Made by a program: the position numbers and the translations under genes. The notes beneath the pieces are model-generated. The model was not told the origin of the DNA. It saw only the letters and a list, made by a program, of their open reading frames with translations, and did not search any database. A DNA stretch of 64,000 nucleotides from Owenia fusiformis (taxonomy: Eukaryota), in the NCBI GenBank assembly GCA_903813345.2, contig CAIIXF020000001.1:36828001-36892000 (forward strand), given 5' to 3'. Shown here one piece after another: positions 54,201 to 64,000 of this stretch (its first letter is position 1; each line of letters begins with the position of its first letter).

Positions 54201-57200
54201 ATAAAGAAAAAAAAGAATATGACTAAGTTTATGGAGCAAGGGGTCTATCAACATATTAGGTAGAAGGACCACCAATACATATGATACATAATAGGCCAAA
54301 ATTACAGTTAAGGTTGAGAGGTATAAATACCTAACAATTTGACGTGTAAGGGCTATGGAAATAATATATTATATTTAATCAAAAATACAATGATAGACTC
54401 CCGCTTCATAAAATATGTTAAATATATATGAAGTATGTGATGTTAAAAAATATGGTGCTGATTAATTATGGTGCAACTGAGTTAATAGAAGCTAGAAAAG
54501 CTAGCAAAACAAGAAACACTTGGATATTGTAAACCTAAAATTATGCCTTGGGTCCTTTTACTTTAGTTTTTTGTACAGTATATTTTATAGATTTTTGTGT
54601 ATTCCCAACTCAAGACACCTTATATACCCAGTAATAAAACATAGTCATTTGAAAAGACATTTTTGTATAAGATTATTACAAATTACAAAATTAGACCCCA
54701 TTTCAGATAATGCAGAGAGAGAGATATGCATGAAGATAATTGTAATATAGGAGAAGATTAGAGAGAATAGTATAGAGAACAAAATATGGAGACAAACAGA
54801 ACATTACCCTAATTGCTGAGTCTAGTTATAAACTACCCTCTGCCTAATATACACTATATTAAAGTTTAGTTGCCCCGCCCCCAGGAATGGTGCCAGTGAC
54901 AGCCTGGCTCATAAATCATTTCAAACCTACAGCGCTGACCTTTTCTCAACCAATCAGCGAGCTGGAAGGAACATGTGCTAAATGCATGCTCATTAACTAT
55001 GCAATGGCTTCAGAGGAAATGACCACATAAAGAAAGTCGTCCGTATTTCGATGACAAACTCTGATTAGCTCGATGAGTTCAGAGATTTATTGTGAGCTGA
55101 AAGAGTGAAGAGGAAGCTCTCTTTTAAGAAGCGAAGATGAACAAATGCAAAGGGTAATAGAACATAGATTAAAACTAACAAATTACGTATATGATGATAA
55201 GAATGATGGATGTGAAAAAGATTGTTGATGCATGACTAAATAGTAATTGTGCGGTGGTTTATTGATTGTAGAAAAAGCATCTGGAATGACAAAATAAACG
55301 ACGTCTGGTTTGATTGATAGCTAAAGGTGCACTGGAATAATTATAAGAAGCAATCAAACTTGATCAGCATTGGTATTGCTCGTATGTGCTCAATGTACGA
55401 TTTCTTAATCTTATCTTGGCATTTAATGAGTTATTTATTATCCTTTCCCCAGGGGATTATTTCTAACAACGTACATGCGTAGACATTACATTTCTACTGT
55501 CAACATTTACCAGAGTCTGTATGATAAAAGGACAGTTAAAATGTCCTTTTAGTGAGTTTTACTACCATACAGGAACTAATAATCAGACACGGTCAAATAG
55601 AATTTTGGACATATTCGTTAATGAAAACACAGAATGAAATCCTGTGCTAAGGGCTGATGTGAAAAAGTCAGATCCAAATAATTTTGGACATATTCTAAAA
55701 ACAAGACATTGAGGTAACATAAGCAAATTTTCATATTGGAGGTTCAACCAAAATCTTGAAAACAACAGGCAAACGTTTGCTCCTACATCTTGGGAAAAAG
55801 CAAGGTTCAGTGTTGCAGTAGATATTCTTAACAGGTTATAGTGCCCAGAAGTATAACATACCCATTTTTGGTAAACACATTTTTGACAGTGTCTCCAGCA
55901 ACATGTACTAGGCTTCCAACCCCATCATTCATAGCAATAACACTAAATGTAAAAGCAAACATAAACACATATTATAGAGTATACTATACATTACTAAAAT
56001 CAACATCTGTTTTAAGTAAATACTAATTCACATGTACTTTAAAGAAATTTCATAATCTGCAGTTGTACTATTTTTCTAAAATCAATGAACTCAGAAAGGA
56101 AGGGCATCCAGTTGGCAAGCCATCAACTCTATTTGTGATCTCCCATTCTATTCAACCTACTGGTACAAGTAGTTGATGTTTATGGAAATATGTGCCTTAT
56201 TTAATAGATCTTATTCTACTTTTTAGGAAAGCCATAATTGGTTGCAGTATATATTATGGATGGGGGAATATATTTTAAGAGTTAACCTTATGCCTGGCAA
56301 TTGGAGAAAATAAAAGGGGGGTGGGGGGAAGGGGGCCAGCAAGCGATTTCTGCTAGAAAATTCAACAAATCTGGAAGATTTTTTCAGGAGAAAGTTTACT
56401 ATTGAATTGCTGAATGAATAAGGCCAGGTACAGTGTGGAAAAATATTTTGAACCAACAGTAAGATATGAGCTCTATTTAACAAACAACTTAACATGCAAA
56501 CTGTTACCACCGGCCATTTGTTACAGCTACCGCGCCACACAAAAAAGTTGGAGACCATAACAAAATGTCAACACTTGTGGTGGTGATGCAAAAGTTATGT
56601 TTTTGCTATTAATCAAGCAATGGGGTCTATGTGACCTGTCATAAATAAGTGACATTAATATTACAAAATCAATGTGGTTGCTGGCTTTTAAAACAAAATA
56701 TGTCATATATAAAAAATAATAAAAAATGGAACGGAGGGGGAGGGAGTAAATAGAGGAGGGAGTCGGTAAAATGCCAGTAATGACATCAATTTTGTGATAA
56801 TAATACCAGTTACAAGATATTTATAACAGGTTGCTTGATTAATAGCAAAGACAAAAACATAGACTTAAATTTTGCAAAGTCAGTGACGTTGCACCTTTTT
56901 AAATAGATTTCATACCTTAGAAGCCTATCGGTTCAATAGAATCCTAGAAGACCTAGCATAATTTACTATACCGTGTGCCTATTCATTCAGCAACTCAATA
57001 GTTAACTTTCTCCTGAAAAAATAAATTTTCCAGATTTGTTGCATTTTCTAGCTGAAACTGCCTGGTCCCCCTCCTTTTATTTTGTCCAATCACCGGGCAT
57101 GAACCTAACAGGTAGAAACAAGTACAGTTCACAGTATGCATGTGTATATCCTAGGAGATAACTAACAAGTAAATGACATGTGTAAAAAGCATTGGTATCC

Positions 57201-60200
57201 ACTGGAAATAGAATGTGTAAGGATCCTGGGGAGGGATATAGTATTTCTTGCCTGATTATCTTACCCCTGTTTTGTAGTTTCTAATGCTTTCATTACCCCA
57301 TCCCCAGCCTTATGTACAAGGCTACCTACACCTGTATTAACTTGTGACAGGCCATTGGAAAAACTAAAATAATATATAGAGGACACACATAAAACATGAA
57401 ATGTATTTACTTTCACAATGAAGTATCATGCATTAAGAAACACAAACTTGTGATATATACACAGCTATAAACTACAGGGGTTTCAATATATTCTTAGAAT
57501 ATAATTCTTGGAATTGGAAGTACTGGTCAAATTGCCAAACAAGTGACAGTTTTGGTTTTAACAGGCAGAGATGCCTCATACATCTTCCTATTGAAACCCC
57601 TAAATCTATCAAAAATATACAGGAATAAAAACTAAAAAAAATATAAAAGAAACACATGATATATTTTTTGGTAACCCCATCTGACATTGTCTTCTGTTCT
57701 TGCTACCATATGCTTGGAATAAAATGAAACATCTATCCACAAAATGACATATACAATGAACTTAGTTCTCTCAATATCAGAATTATACAAAAAGGTTGAT
57801 TTAAAAGGAGTATCTTAAAAATAAAAGTATATACGTGTTTTTATTTTTATGTTTATTTTGGGGAGGATGTTTTTTAGATATATCTTTTTAATCAACCTTG
57901 CTTTCCTATTTTGACTACAATGGTGACCTGTTAAATTGAACATCTCTAGAAGTGGAACACCTCTATAAGTGGAACACTTTTTAGACCCAGGACAAATTGA
58001 CTTAATGTTAAATGAACCTAAATAAATGGGATACCTCCCAAGTAGAACACTTTTTAGATGTGTCAAAGGTGTTCTACTTGGACTGACTTCACTGTACAAT
58101 ATTGAGAGCTAAGTACATTACTATGATTATCATTTTGTTCTAATGAGGTTTGGATGGATGTTTCATTTCAATCCAAATTGGAAGAAAAGAACAAACAACA
58201 GTGTCAGATGGGTTTACTAAACCAATTAGGCTATCTAAAAAATATATAAATGATTTTAAAATTTAATTGTTACCATTCAAAGACCAACATTGAACATGTG
58301 TATTTTTTTTAGATTTTTTGATAATCAGTTTTAGAGACAAAATGTTGAATTTAGGTTCATCAAATTGTAGTAGGCCATTTCCTTTCAAAAAATGTATCAT
58401 ATCATCATGACATGCATCAAATAATTAGCATCTTGATGATACATAAATCAAATCGTTGGTTTTTGTATCATGGGAGCAAGACAATGAAGCTAGACAAACA
58501 TAAAGCATTCAAAACATCAAATCCCAAACTGCATCACACATGGAATCAGAAAATTAAATTAAATGTCAGTGGGCCTTATGGGAATTTAATCCCAAAGCAT
58601 ATCAGTGTTAATAATGAAAATATAGGTAGACATGAAATCAGTATGGTAAGCAGCTTAAAATTTCTGCACTTTGGTTGGAGTTTATGCGTCACAGTAAATA
58701 AGTAAGATGGAACTTTTATTTGATGTAATGAGAATCATTAAAAGCAATTTTCACTGAGACTCTTACAGCTATCATACAGGAATGCATCAAAGGCGAGTAC
58801 ATTGTACAATCAATACTTGTAGAGTATGATAAGAGACTGCGTCATTTTCATGAACTGGCTACTGTGGCGTTATTCATATAATAACTGTTAATAAAGATAT
58901 TAGGTCATAATTTGGAATCATCCATTTCAATCAACAGGAACAATATTTAGAGTAAACAAAACACTTGTGCATGTATATATAAACATGCTATCACAAAGCT
59001 ATTAAACCTATAAATAATCACCAATTGTTGTACAGTTTCAAGTTTTACAAAATAAATCATTAACTTTCTATGACATAACACTCATATTATTTCACTATCA
59101 AAATCATACCATTGTTTATATGTATTTGAGTTTGATTTGTTTTTTCTTTATACATGCATGTAGTATCATTGTTCCACTGGAATGTACATGTAGTATATAA
59201 CATCTTATTGTCGTGTACTTGTTGCAAATCGTGAACTTGTGGATAATTAAGTTGCGTTATATTGATTTCTTCCTCAAAGAAATCATGGAATTTGCCAATA
59301 CATTCCAATTAATATAAATACACAGTACACTATTGAGTAATAAGTTGGGTTATACTTAGGTCAGCGCATGTATAATTTATTTATAAATATAGGTGCCTTG
59401 ATGTTGTATGTACAGTGTATGGTGTTATTAGAGTAATTAGACTTTAATATTACAACTTGTAACAAATGCATGAGAGAGGGGGTTACAAATTACAAGTCAT
59501 TCCAGGTAAATAAAATCAAGGTCTGGTGAGAAATGAACCTAAAAATAAGATAAGAAACATAAAAATTGTATCATGTTTCTTGGTAATATCGTCTATCAAT
59601 ATATCTGTTTTTTGCAATACTATACTGTTTCCAGCTACTGTCACTTCTCATATTCTCTCAATTTATAGCACAAACACAGTTCAAACAAAAGAAAAAGGTG
59701 ATTGCTAGTATTAATACAATATGATATTAAATTTACAAAAGTAACATAGAGATGGAAATATTTATGATTTGCTCAATGTAACTCTATCATGGGCTTTCAA
59801 TTGATCTCATGAGATATGAACCATATACTGTTTGAAAAGTGTTATCAAATATTATTTCAATATGATTTTAAATCTGACAAATTGAATTCTGGCATTATGT
59901 GCTGGATATAGAGATGGAATTATGTTACCAATTATGAACATCTTATCTTGAAAGCTTGACCACCCTCCCTCCCCCTCTTCTAACGAAAAGTACAAAATGC
60001 TGAGCATAATGAGTTAAAATGTTGATTTGTATGCAGCGTACAAGTACACAGCATACAATATCTGCAACTGCTATAAACAACACCGATATCAAATTCCCTT
60101 ATATCTGTTGAGTATATTTATGATCATACTATTGCAGAAAATGCAACCCTGGGAAGCTAAAAATCAGTTGTCCCTCTTTAACATTCTATTTTTAAACAGT

Positions 60201-60883
60201 ATGTAGAGTCCATTTCACTGCTTCATTGCGTCAGTAGAACGGCAAAAATAAGAAATTGGGAGACCATTGTGCATGGAAAAGTATATTCATAATGTTAATC
60301 TTATTGAAAATAACATGGCAGAGAAGCATCCAAATATAAGAGGCCACACGCTTTATAAGCCAAACTAGAAGCGATCCAAGATATACAAATGTCATTCATG
60401 TACAACCGGAATATATTTTTCCATATATTATTGCAAAATGATATTTTGATTTCTTATTTTTTAGCTTTTACTGACGCAGTTAAACATTGAAATGGACTCT
60501 AGAAGCTGGCAAGATCAGTCAAGACTGACAGACACAATGCCAAAATTAATGAGAATTTTGAATGGTGTGTATAAACATATAATTCAGTTGTTTCATTGAA
60601 AAATTAAAACTGTTTTTGGCAAAAACAGTATGATATGATGTCAGTTGAATTAGCTTTTTAGATTACAAGGATTGAAAATCTCAACACCAACTACATATGA
60701 CTTACGTTATCTAGCTAAAAGCCACTATGACCCTCCCCCCCAACTTGAAGCAAGATAATAGCAATATACAGTTCCGGTTACGCTGAGTTACAGTAACAGT
60801 TCTAAATGTACTCACTTTGTTCCAATATTTCCTAGCTTGTCTCTAGCTTTATCCTTGAATGATCTTTTGGTTGCAGTCGCCAT
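18083..60883 (-). CDS. OXR1: Oxidation resistance protein 1 / NCOA7 family (mustard-like) LysM-GRAM-TLDc protein, 17 coding exons, ~964 aa
   Basis: Phase-consistent GT-AG exons: 60816-60883, 55862-55942, 49484-49617, 32313-32401, 31160-31267, 30848-30934, 30165-30338, 29597-29781, 29105-29241, 26151-27077, 22903-23062, 22435-22606, 19749-19862, 19371-19523, 18964-19059, 18672-18745, 18083-18218 (sum 2895 nt). Family motifs: LysM DTLEGIAARFDTTP, GRAM GVLLVTPNAVMFDP, PEYWFSIPRDRVDHLYAFFVQW, TLDc HGFSLNTLY / FYGTGESFL / FGLWLDGD / EVWGF*. The first three exons rest on splice sites and phase only. Confidence 0.92.
18672..18745 (-). CDS. OXR1: OXR1 TLDc exon
   Basis: VYTWTGDNTYFNKGNLQSLVIGAG; TTGCAG acceptor, GTAAGT donor. 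Confidence 0.95.
18964..19059 (-). CDS. OXR1: OXR1 TLDc exon
   Basis: IFGAMTSCPLKVSEHFYGTGESFLYTFTPEFK. Confidence 0.95.
19371..19523 (-). CDS. OXR1: OXR1 TLDc exon
   Basis: LCKHLPPRTEGYPWVQIYSTDHHGFSLNTLYRHMQGYDTPVLIVVKDTGNN. Confidence 0.95.
19749..19862 (-). CDS. OXR1: OXR1 exon leading into TLDc
   Basis: IVKVEEARRRLESFELGDLPLPELIGTTTLLDDDKISK. Confidence 0.92.
20262..20400. mobile_element. Short (~130-bp) dispersed HINE-like repeat; other copies ~31785-31925 and ~56480-56592
   Basis: Shared ACATGCAA.ATGTCATCACC ... CACAAAAA(A)GTTRGAGAC...ACAATATGTT.CCACTT..TGGTGACATAA with terminal hairpin. Confidence 0.6.
20482..21578 (-). mobile_element. HINE-like element (family 2) carrying ~5 x 135-bp tandem repeats
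   Basis: subTIR ATCCCATCGAAC near the left end; hairpin ATCCCTCCGAAC-TTC-GTTCAATGGGAT at the right end; (GACG/GACA)n. Repeat marker TACCAAATAT at 20641, 20776, 20911, 21046, 21181. Confidence 0.75.
21668..21906. repeat. 17-bp minisatellite (CAGTACATGTGCTGGTT / CAGTAAATGTGCTAATT)
   Basis: About 14 tandem units are visible. Confidence 0.9.
22435..22606 (-). CDS. OXR1: OXR1 exon
   Basis: VDHLYAFFVQWSPNIYG...KDWE. Confidence 0.93.
22903..23062 (-). CDS. OXR1: OXR1 exon
   Basis: LVPKPAPVSENPPLYLSLRVGKP...KPEYWFSIPRD. Confidence 0.93.
24580..24775. mobile_element. CACTA/EnSpm-like MITE with internal CGGCACC subrepeats
   Basis: TA|CACAGCCAA...TTGGGGGTG|TA; inverted TTCGACGCCGTTTCGG / CCGAAACGGCGTCGAA. 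Confidence 0.55.
26151..27077 (-). CDS. OXR1: OXR1 large low-complexity central exon
   Basis: 927-nt open frame, phase 1 to phase 1, ending DDKPELFRTLS; donor AGCG|GTAGGT. Confidence 0.88.
29105..29241 (-). CDS. OXR1: OXR1 exon
   Basis: GEVRKKSEVYHAKDCPLY...EETQEKS; phases match both neighbours. Confidence 0.85.
29597..29781 (-). CDS. OXR1: OXR1 GRAM-like domain exon
   Basis: GVVNGVLLVTPNAVMFDPNVSDPLVIESGADAYGMIAPME. Confidence 0.95.
30165..30338 (-). CDS. OXR1: OXR1 exon
   Basis: LKSPPPLKSPGHAERV...ECYARFIKINVKHITDGQ. Confidence 0.93.
30848..30934 (-). CDS. OXR1: OXR1 exon (end of LysM)
   Basis: TIYIPDKDYVPSDPPTPDEPNKSSPTNNK. Confidence 0.9.
31160..31267 (-). CDS. OXR1: OXR1 LysM exon
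   Basis: VTTSDTLEGIAARFDTTPTNLIKLNKLHLRMVFPGQ. Confidence 0.95.
32313..32401 (-). CDS. OXR1: OXR1 exon before LysM
   Basis: VGGNESNGGKDIEKKKRHVTQPKGTIPYD; donor GAT|GTGAGT. Confidence 0.9.
32588..33194 (-). CDS. OXR1: Probable alternative first coding exon of OXR1 (202 aa)
   Basis: Long open frame MDVDIDLLKS...FPSLR ending at AGAG|GTGATC; phase 1 matches the acceptor at 32401. Confidence 0.65.
34307..34433. mobile_element. Tc1/mariner (pogo-like) MITE; relatives at ~28118-28350, ~57916-58096, ~20038-20178, ~17628-17787
   Basis: TA|CAGTAGAAC...GTTCTACTG|TA with repeated AAGTGGAACAC motifs. Confidence 0.7.
35221..35592. mobile_element. Double-inverted-repeat non-autonomous element (possibly Crypton-like)
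   Basis: IR1 TTATAACATACCTATGATGATGTA (35221) / TACATCATCATAGGTATGTTATAA (35449-35472); IR2 TTATGTCACTATCGTGGCA.ATATGCCC / GGGCATATATGCCACGATAGTGACATAA. Confidence 0.55.
35863..36831. mobile_element. Tc1/mariner-type non-autonomous element with ~80-bp TIRs and an internal IR-bounded segment (35946-36379)
   Basis: CAGGATGAGCCAAAAAAGGTAACCCAAACAAAT... / ...ATTTGTTTGGGTTACCTTTTTTGGCTAACCTTG|TA; inner ACCCAAATGCGAGTAG / CTACTCGCATCTGGGT. Confidence 0.7.
37343..37908. mobile_element. Decayed foldback/MITE
   Basis: GCAACAAACAAATAAATTGTAAAACCACAAAACT is inverted at ~37866-37907. Confidence 0.5.
39220..39406. repeat. Compound tetranucleotide microsatellite (AACC/AATC/AGCC)
   Basis: Directly visible. 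Confidence 0.85.
39884..40751. mobile_element. hAT-type MITE with perfect 8-bp TSD (outer)
   Basis: TTTATCAT|CAGAGATCACGATAG ... CTACCGTGATCTCTG|TTTATCAT. Confidence 0.85.
40003..40657. mobile_element. hAT-type MITE nested in the previous element
   Basis: ATTCGCAA|TAGAGGTGTCACGGT ... ACCGTGACACCTCTA|ATTCGCCA (perfect 15-bp TIR, TSD 7/8). Confidence 0.85.
46035..46203. mobile_element. Palindromic MITE (PIF/Harbinger-like)
   Basis: TCACATTTG..GCAACCATACAGCAGCCGTA..CAAAATTGA / TCAATTTTG..TACGGCTGCCGTACAGTTGC..CAAATGTGA. Confidence 0.5.
49484..49617 (-). CDS. OXR1: OXR1 upstream exon 3 (long isoform)
   Basis: TTTTTAG|G-IRGSSLESPTEG...VNTDLS-G|GTAAGA; phase 2 in, phase 1 out. Confidence 0.7.
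50425..51480 (-). mobile_element. Second copy of HINE-like family 2, with ~3 x 146-148-bp repeats
   Basis: Same termini and (GACG)n tract as 20482-21578. Confidence 0.75.
55862..55942 (-). CDS. OXR1: OXR1 upstream exon 2 (long isoform)
   Basis: ACATTTAG|T-VIAMNDGVGSLVHVAGDTVKNVFTKN-GG|GTATGT; phase 2 to phase 2. Confidence 0.65.
56283..57110. mobile_element. Foldback element (long imperfect palindrome) interrupted by a short HINE-like repeat
   Basis: 56290-56430 is inverted at 56970-57102, and 56600-56670 is inverted at 56790-56850. Confidence 0.65.
60204..60501. mobile_element. MITE with ~33-bp TIRs
   Basis: TAGAGTCCATTTCACTGCTTCATTGCGTCAGTA / TACTGACGCAGTTAAACATTGAAATGGACTCTA; no TSD seen. 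Confidence 0.65.
60816..60883 (-). CDS. OXR1: OXR1 first coding exon (long isoform)
   Basis: ACAATGG start context, MATATKRSFKDKARDKLGNIGT, donor AA|GTGAGT. Confidence 0.65.
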
Positions 60884-60979
60884 TGTAGACTTGAGCTAAT
60901 TGTGCAATTGTAAGTATTGATCCAAAAATTAGATCTAAATTGCTAAGTCAAATCAAAACAAAATATTTTCATATCTTGA

Positions 60980-61190
60980 AATTTAGCCCGACACTTCCTA
61001 TCATTTTTCGTCTTCGTTTCATCGAAACATATAATAACGAGGTGTCTCGTTTATGACTTGATATACGTTACTTCTCCTGGAATATACTTTTGTACCAGTT
61101 TGCTTCACAAAGTGAAGATAAAGCTGTAAATATTCAATGAATTACGTTCAACTTCCTCTTTCCTGCCATGTTTTGATTCAGAACGAGGCT
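60980..61190 (-). promoter_or_regulatory. Putative OXR1 proximal promoter
   Basis: Lies just upstream of the first exon; locally CpG-enriched, with ETS-like ACTTCC motifs, TTACGT and GCCATGTT. Confidence 0.3.
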
Positions 61191-61568
61191 AAGTTAAATA
61201 TTAGGAAAAGACTGTTGCTCAATATGGCCATGAATTATTTTTGAGTGCTGACATAAATCAAACAAATCCATCATTGTAATATTTATCATGATATACATGT
61301 AACAGTTGTTAATAAATGAATAAAATAAAGGATTCATATATTCACCATGACATTTAGTGACATTGTCATTTGGTAATAAACCAAGTTACCAATAAGGGAC
61401 AGCCTGGTCAATGTATCATAGGGCCATCATGTACCCATACATGGGGCCATACATGTATGCACACCCACTTTATCTAGTTCCAAGACTCATTCTATTAATA
61501 AGTCTTGGAACCAATGCTGTTTGGGGAGGGGTAAAAGTCAATATTGCATTTTGTTAGCCAACATCAAT

Positions 61569-61817
61569 CAGGGGTGTATCCAGCAATTGTCAATTGGGGT
61601 GCGTTTTTTTGAGTTTGCATCACTGCGAGTGAAGCGAGCCCTGAAAAGGGGATACAGTGTTCAATTTAGTACATTGTATATTGTGCATTTTTAGCATTTC
61701 AAACTATGATTTGTCAATGTTTTTTTAACTAATTTTACAAAATTGCTTTTTCTTCTTTTTTGTGAGGGTGAGTTGTTGCGATACACCAATCGCATCCCCC
61801 CTTTGGCTACGCCCATG
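61569..61817. mobile_element. MITE with 5-bp TSD
   Basis: TCAAT|CAGGGGTGTATCCAG ... TTGGCTACGCCCATG|TCAAT. Confidence 0.7.
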
Positions 61818-62348
61818 TCAATTTAAAAAAAACATCAAAACTTTCAATTTTAAAGAGAAAAAAAAGTGTTCAATTACATTTTTGGGAGGTCGTTCTTGTG
61901 TTAAGTGTAACTAATAACTATGTTTTGGAACAACACTGTTCCTAAAACTGAAATTATTTATCAAATATAATACATCTCCTTTAGCTGAAGGCTAGTGAAG
62001 GGGTATATCTAATATACTACATATATCAGTTGTTGCAGTGAGTTCCTCCTATATTTGGAGGGGTATTATTATATTTCTATGGGTCAAACTGATGAAGGGG
62101 CAGTAATACACTCAGGCTATACTGTACTATTAGTAATCTTGTCTGCCATCTATCTTGTCTTATCGGTTGAAAATTACTTCCTCAATATAAACATGCAAAA
62201 TAAGTCGGCTTGTCATAATCTTTTTCTTTGTACCTGGTGTGGCATTACATTTATGAGTATCACTAATAACATGTGAGGGTGTTATAATTGTTCATTATTG
62301 GAATTTTAGAATTGAATATGAAGGTTTTGAATCATCATGGAATACCAT

Positions 62349-62674
62349 CACTCTTAAAAATTATTACTTGGATTTCCTTATATTGAGAAATTGTACTACT
62401 CATTTTAAGTCAAAAATTACTTAAATAATCTTGAACTACTGAATAATTTTTAAGTAATTTTTAAGTAATTCATTTATGGTGAATTTACTAATGCAAGGAG
62501 AGAAATTGAAATACTTACTGTAGTAATTGTAATACTCATTTACATAATTAAGCAATTAAAATACTCAAAATGACAATATAAGTTAAACCTAAGTAAAATG
62601 AAGTAAAACTAAGTATTTAACTTTAAGTAATTTTTATACTTGGGAAATACTCAAGTAATTCATTTTTAAGAGTG
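62349..62674. mobile_element. CACTA/EnSpm-like MITE with 2-bp TSD
   Basis: AT|CACTCTTAAAAAT...ATTTTTAAGAGTG|AT; internal AAGTAATT / AATTACTT subrepeats. Confidence 0.75.
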
Positions 62675-62872
62675 ATGGCTCTCTCTTCTTGCATCATAGA
62701 TTCAGCTTAACCTGTTAACACAGACAGGTTTTTAGATGCGATGTGTATCAGAATGGTTTTGAATGTGTTACATAAAATACTGATGAAAAAAGTTAGTTTC
62801 TCCAATGTAATAATTTTTCATAAAAACAAAGACTCATTTTATATTTTTATATTACAGTTAAAACCCCAATTT

Positions 62873-64000
62873 TATTCACCATTCCAATATAAATGATGCA
62901 AATGTCCAGTCTTTTTACAATATTCTACCTCCAAACAATACATCATGTACAAAAAATACATCCTGAATAACTGCAGACATATAACAGTCTCTTGATGAAA
63001 CAGGGTGTACAACCGACATAGTAACATGTAACATAGTAATATGATAATCAGTGCTACTGCTATGTATACAGTGCAGGAGAATTTATCCTAAATCCAAACC
63101 AAATTAATTATTAATTCCTAGTCAAAAGAAACCTTTATATGTCCAAATTCATTAGCCCTAAAAAAGGGGCATTACTTAAAACTTACATTTTCAAAATTAT
63201 TGCCAGGCCAGGTAACATTAAAAATGAAAGGGTTATCATGAAAAAAGTCAGAACTGTTGAAACTGTCAAAAATAGGCATGATATGGCATATTGTGAGGAA
63301 TGCGAATATTGAACTCTCGTCTTTGTTGAACTGAAGAATCTGAAGAATTTTATTCAAAAATATTAATACATGTACAAACTAACATTTGGAGAGAACACAG
63401 ATTTTGTAAAGTATAGTTTTCCATTTCTTTTTTTGGGTATAGCATTAATCAGCAATTCTAACAATACTCCTATTGGGACTTATGCAAGACTGTATGATTA
63501 AGATGAATGTAGATGGATTCATTTTCTAATAAATACTGTATGGTTTTGGAATTTATATACAGCTAGTTTGAAAAAGTTATAAAATGATAGCTATACATTT
63601 TATTTGTTTACTCAAACCATCAAAATTTCAATCTTGTATCATGGATTTATGAATGTTTTAAATCTGCCAGATAATGCACATCTCCCCTCCATACTTTTAG
63701 ACAGCAGAATATCAACTGTTACCCTTTGTAATAAAATACTACTAAAGCTAGGATGAGGCCCACAGTTACCTTTCGGAAAAATAAACAAAAATAAAAATAT
63801 TCTATGTTCCCCAGTTTATTTGCCTCAATGTGGACCTTGTTACACCACAGCAAGACCAAGAAATAATAAGGCACCCATATTATTAAATAATAATACATGT
63901 ACATTATGTATATTACATTTATATATAAAATAGTGCCAGTGCAAATTATGAATTCATGTGAGCCCTTCCTCTTTCATATCATCCTCCATACGCAGGGCTC
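62873..64000 (-). pseudogene. Possible decayed multi-pass membrane protein gene, weakly TMC-like
   Basis: Hydrophobic segments with some splice sites: HEFIICTGTILYINV...; VTVGLILALVVFYYKG| (63723-63769); FFSSTKTRVQY...TVLTFFMITLSFLMLPGLAIILK| (63188-63339); WI*DKFSCTVYIAVALIIILLCYMLLCRLY. In-frame stops and phase conflicts are present. Confidence 0.3.

Overview
AT-rich, intron-rich eukaryotic DNA. The gene and repeat content suggest an invertebrate animal, probably a marine lophotrochozoan (inference). I rebuilt two protein genes from splice sites and phase continuity, both on the minus strand. (1) An OXR1/NCOA7 (mustard-like) LysM-GRAM-TLDc gene with 17 coding exons over 18083-60883 (2895 nt, 964 aa) and candidate alternative first exons. 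(2) A type-I membrane mucin at 46-2464 (signal peptide, trefoil domain, 132-bp Thr-rich repeats, TM helix) that runs off the left edge. It has a 2-bp frameshift in its first repeat, and a 5'-truncated Tx1/L1-type LINE sits 167 bp upstream of its ATG. Between the genes is a 9.4-kb non-coding element with ~1.4-kb terminal inverted repeats rich in RFX X-box motifs. It holds two self-nested Helentron-like (HINE) elements, a deleted mariner and a 5-bp-TSD MITE that is copied into both arms. OXR1 introns carry many MITEs, HINEs and foldback elements. The right edge may hold a decayed TMC-like membrane-protein gene. I saw no prokaryotic-type system (CRISPR, operon) and no rRNA or tRNA. All calls are by eye; no database search was run.
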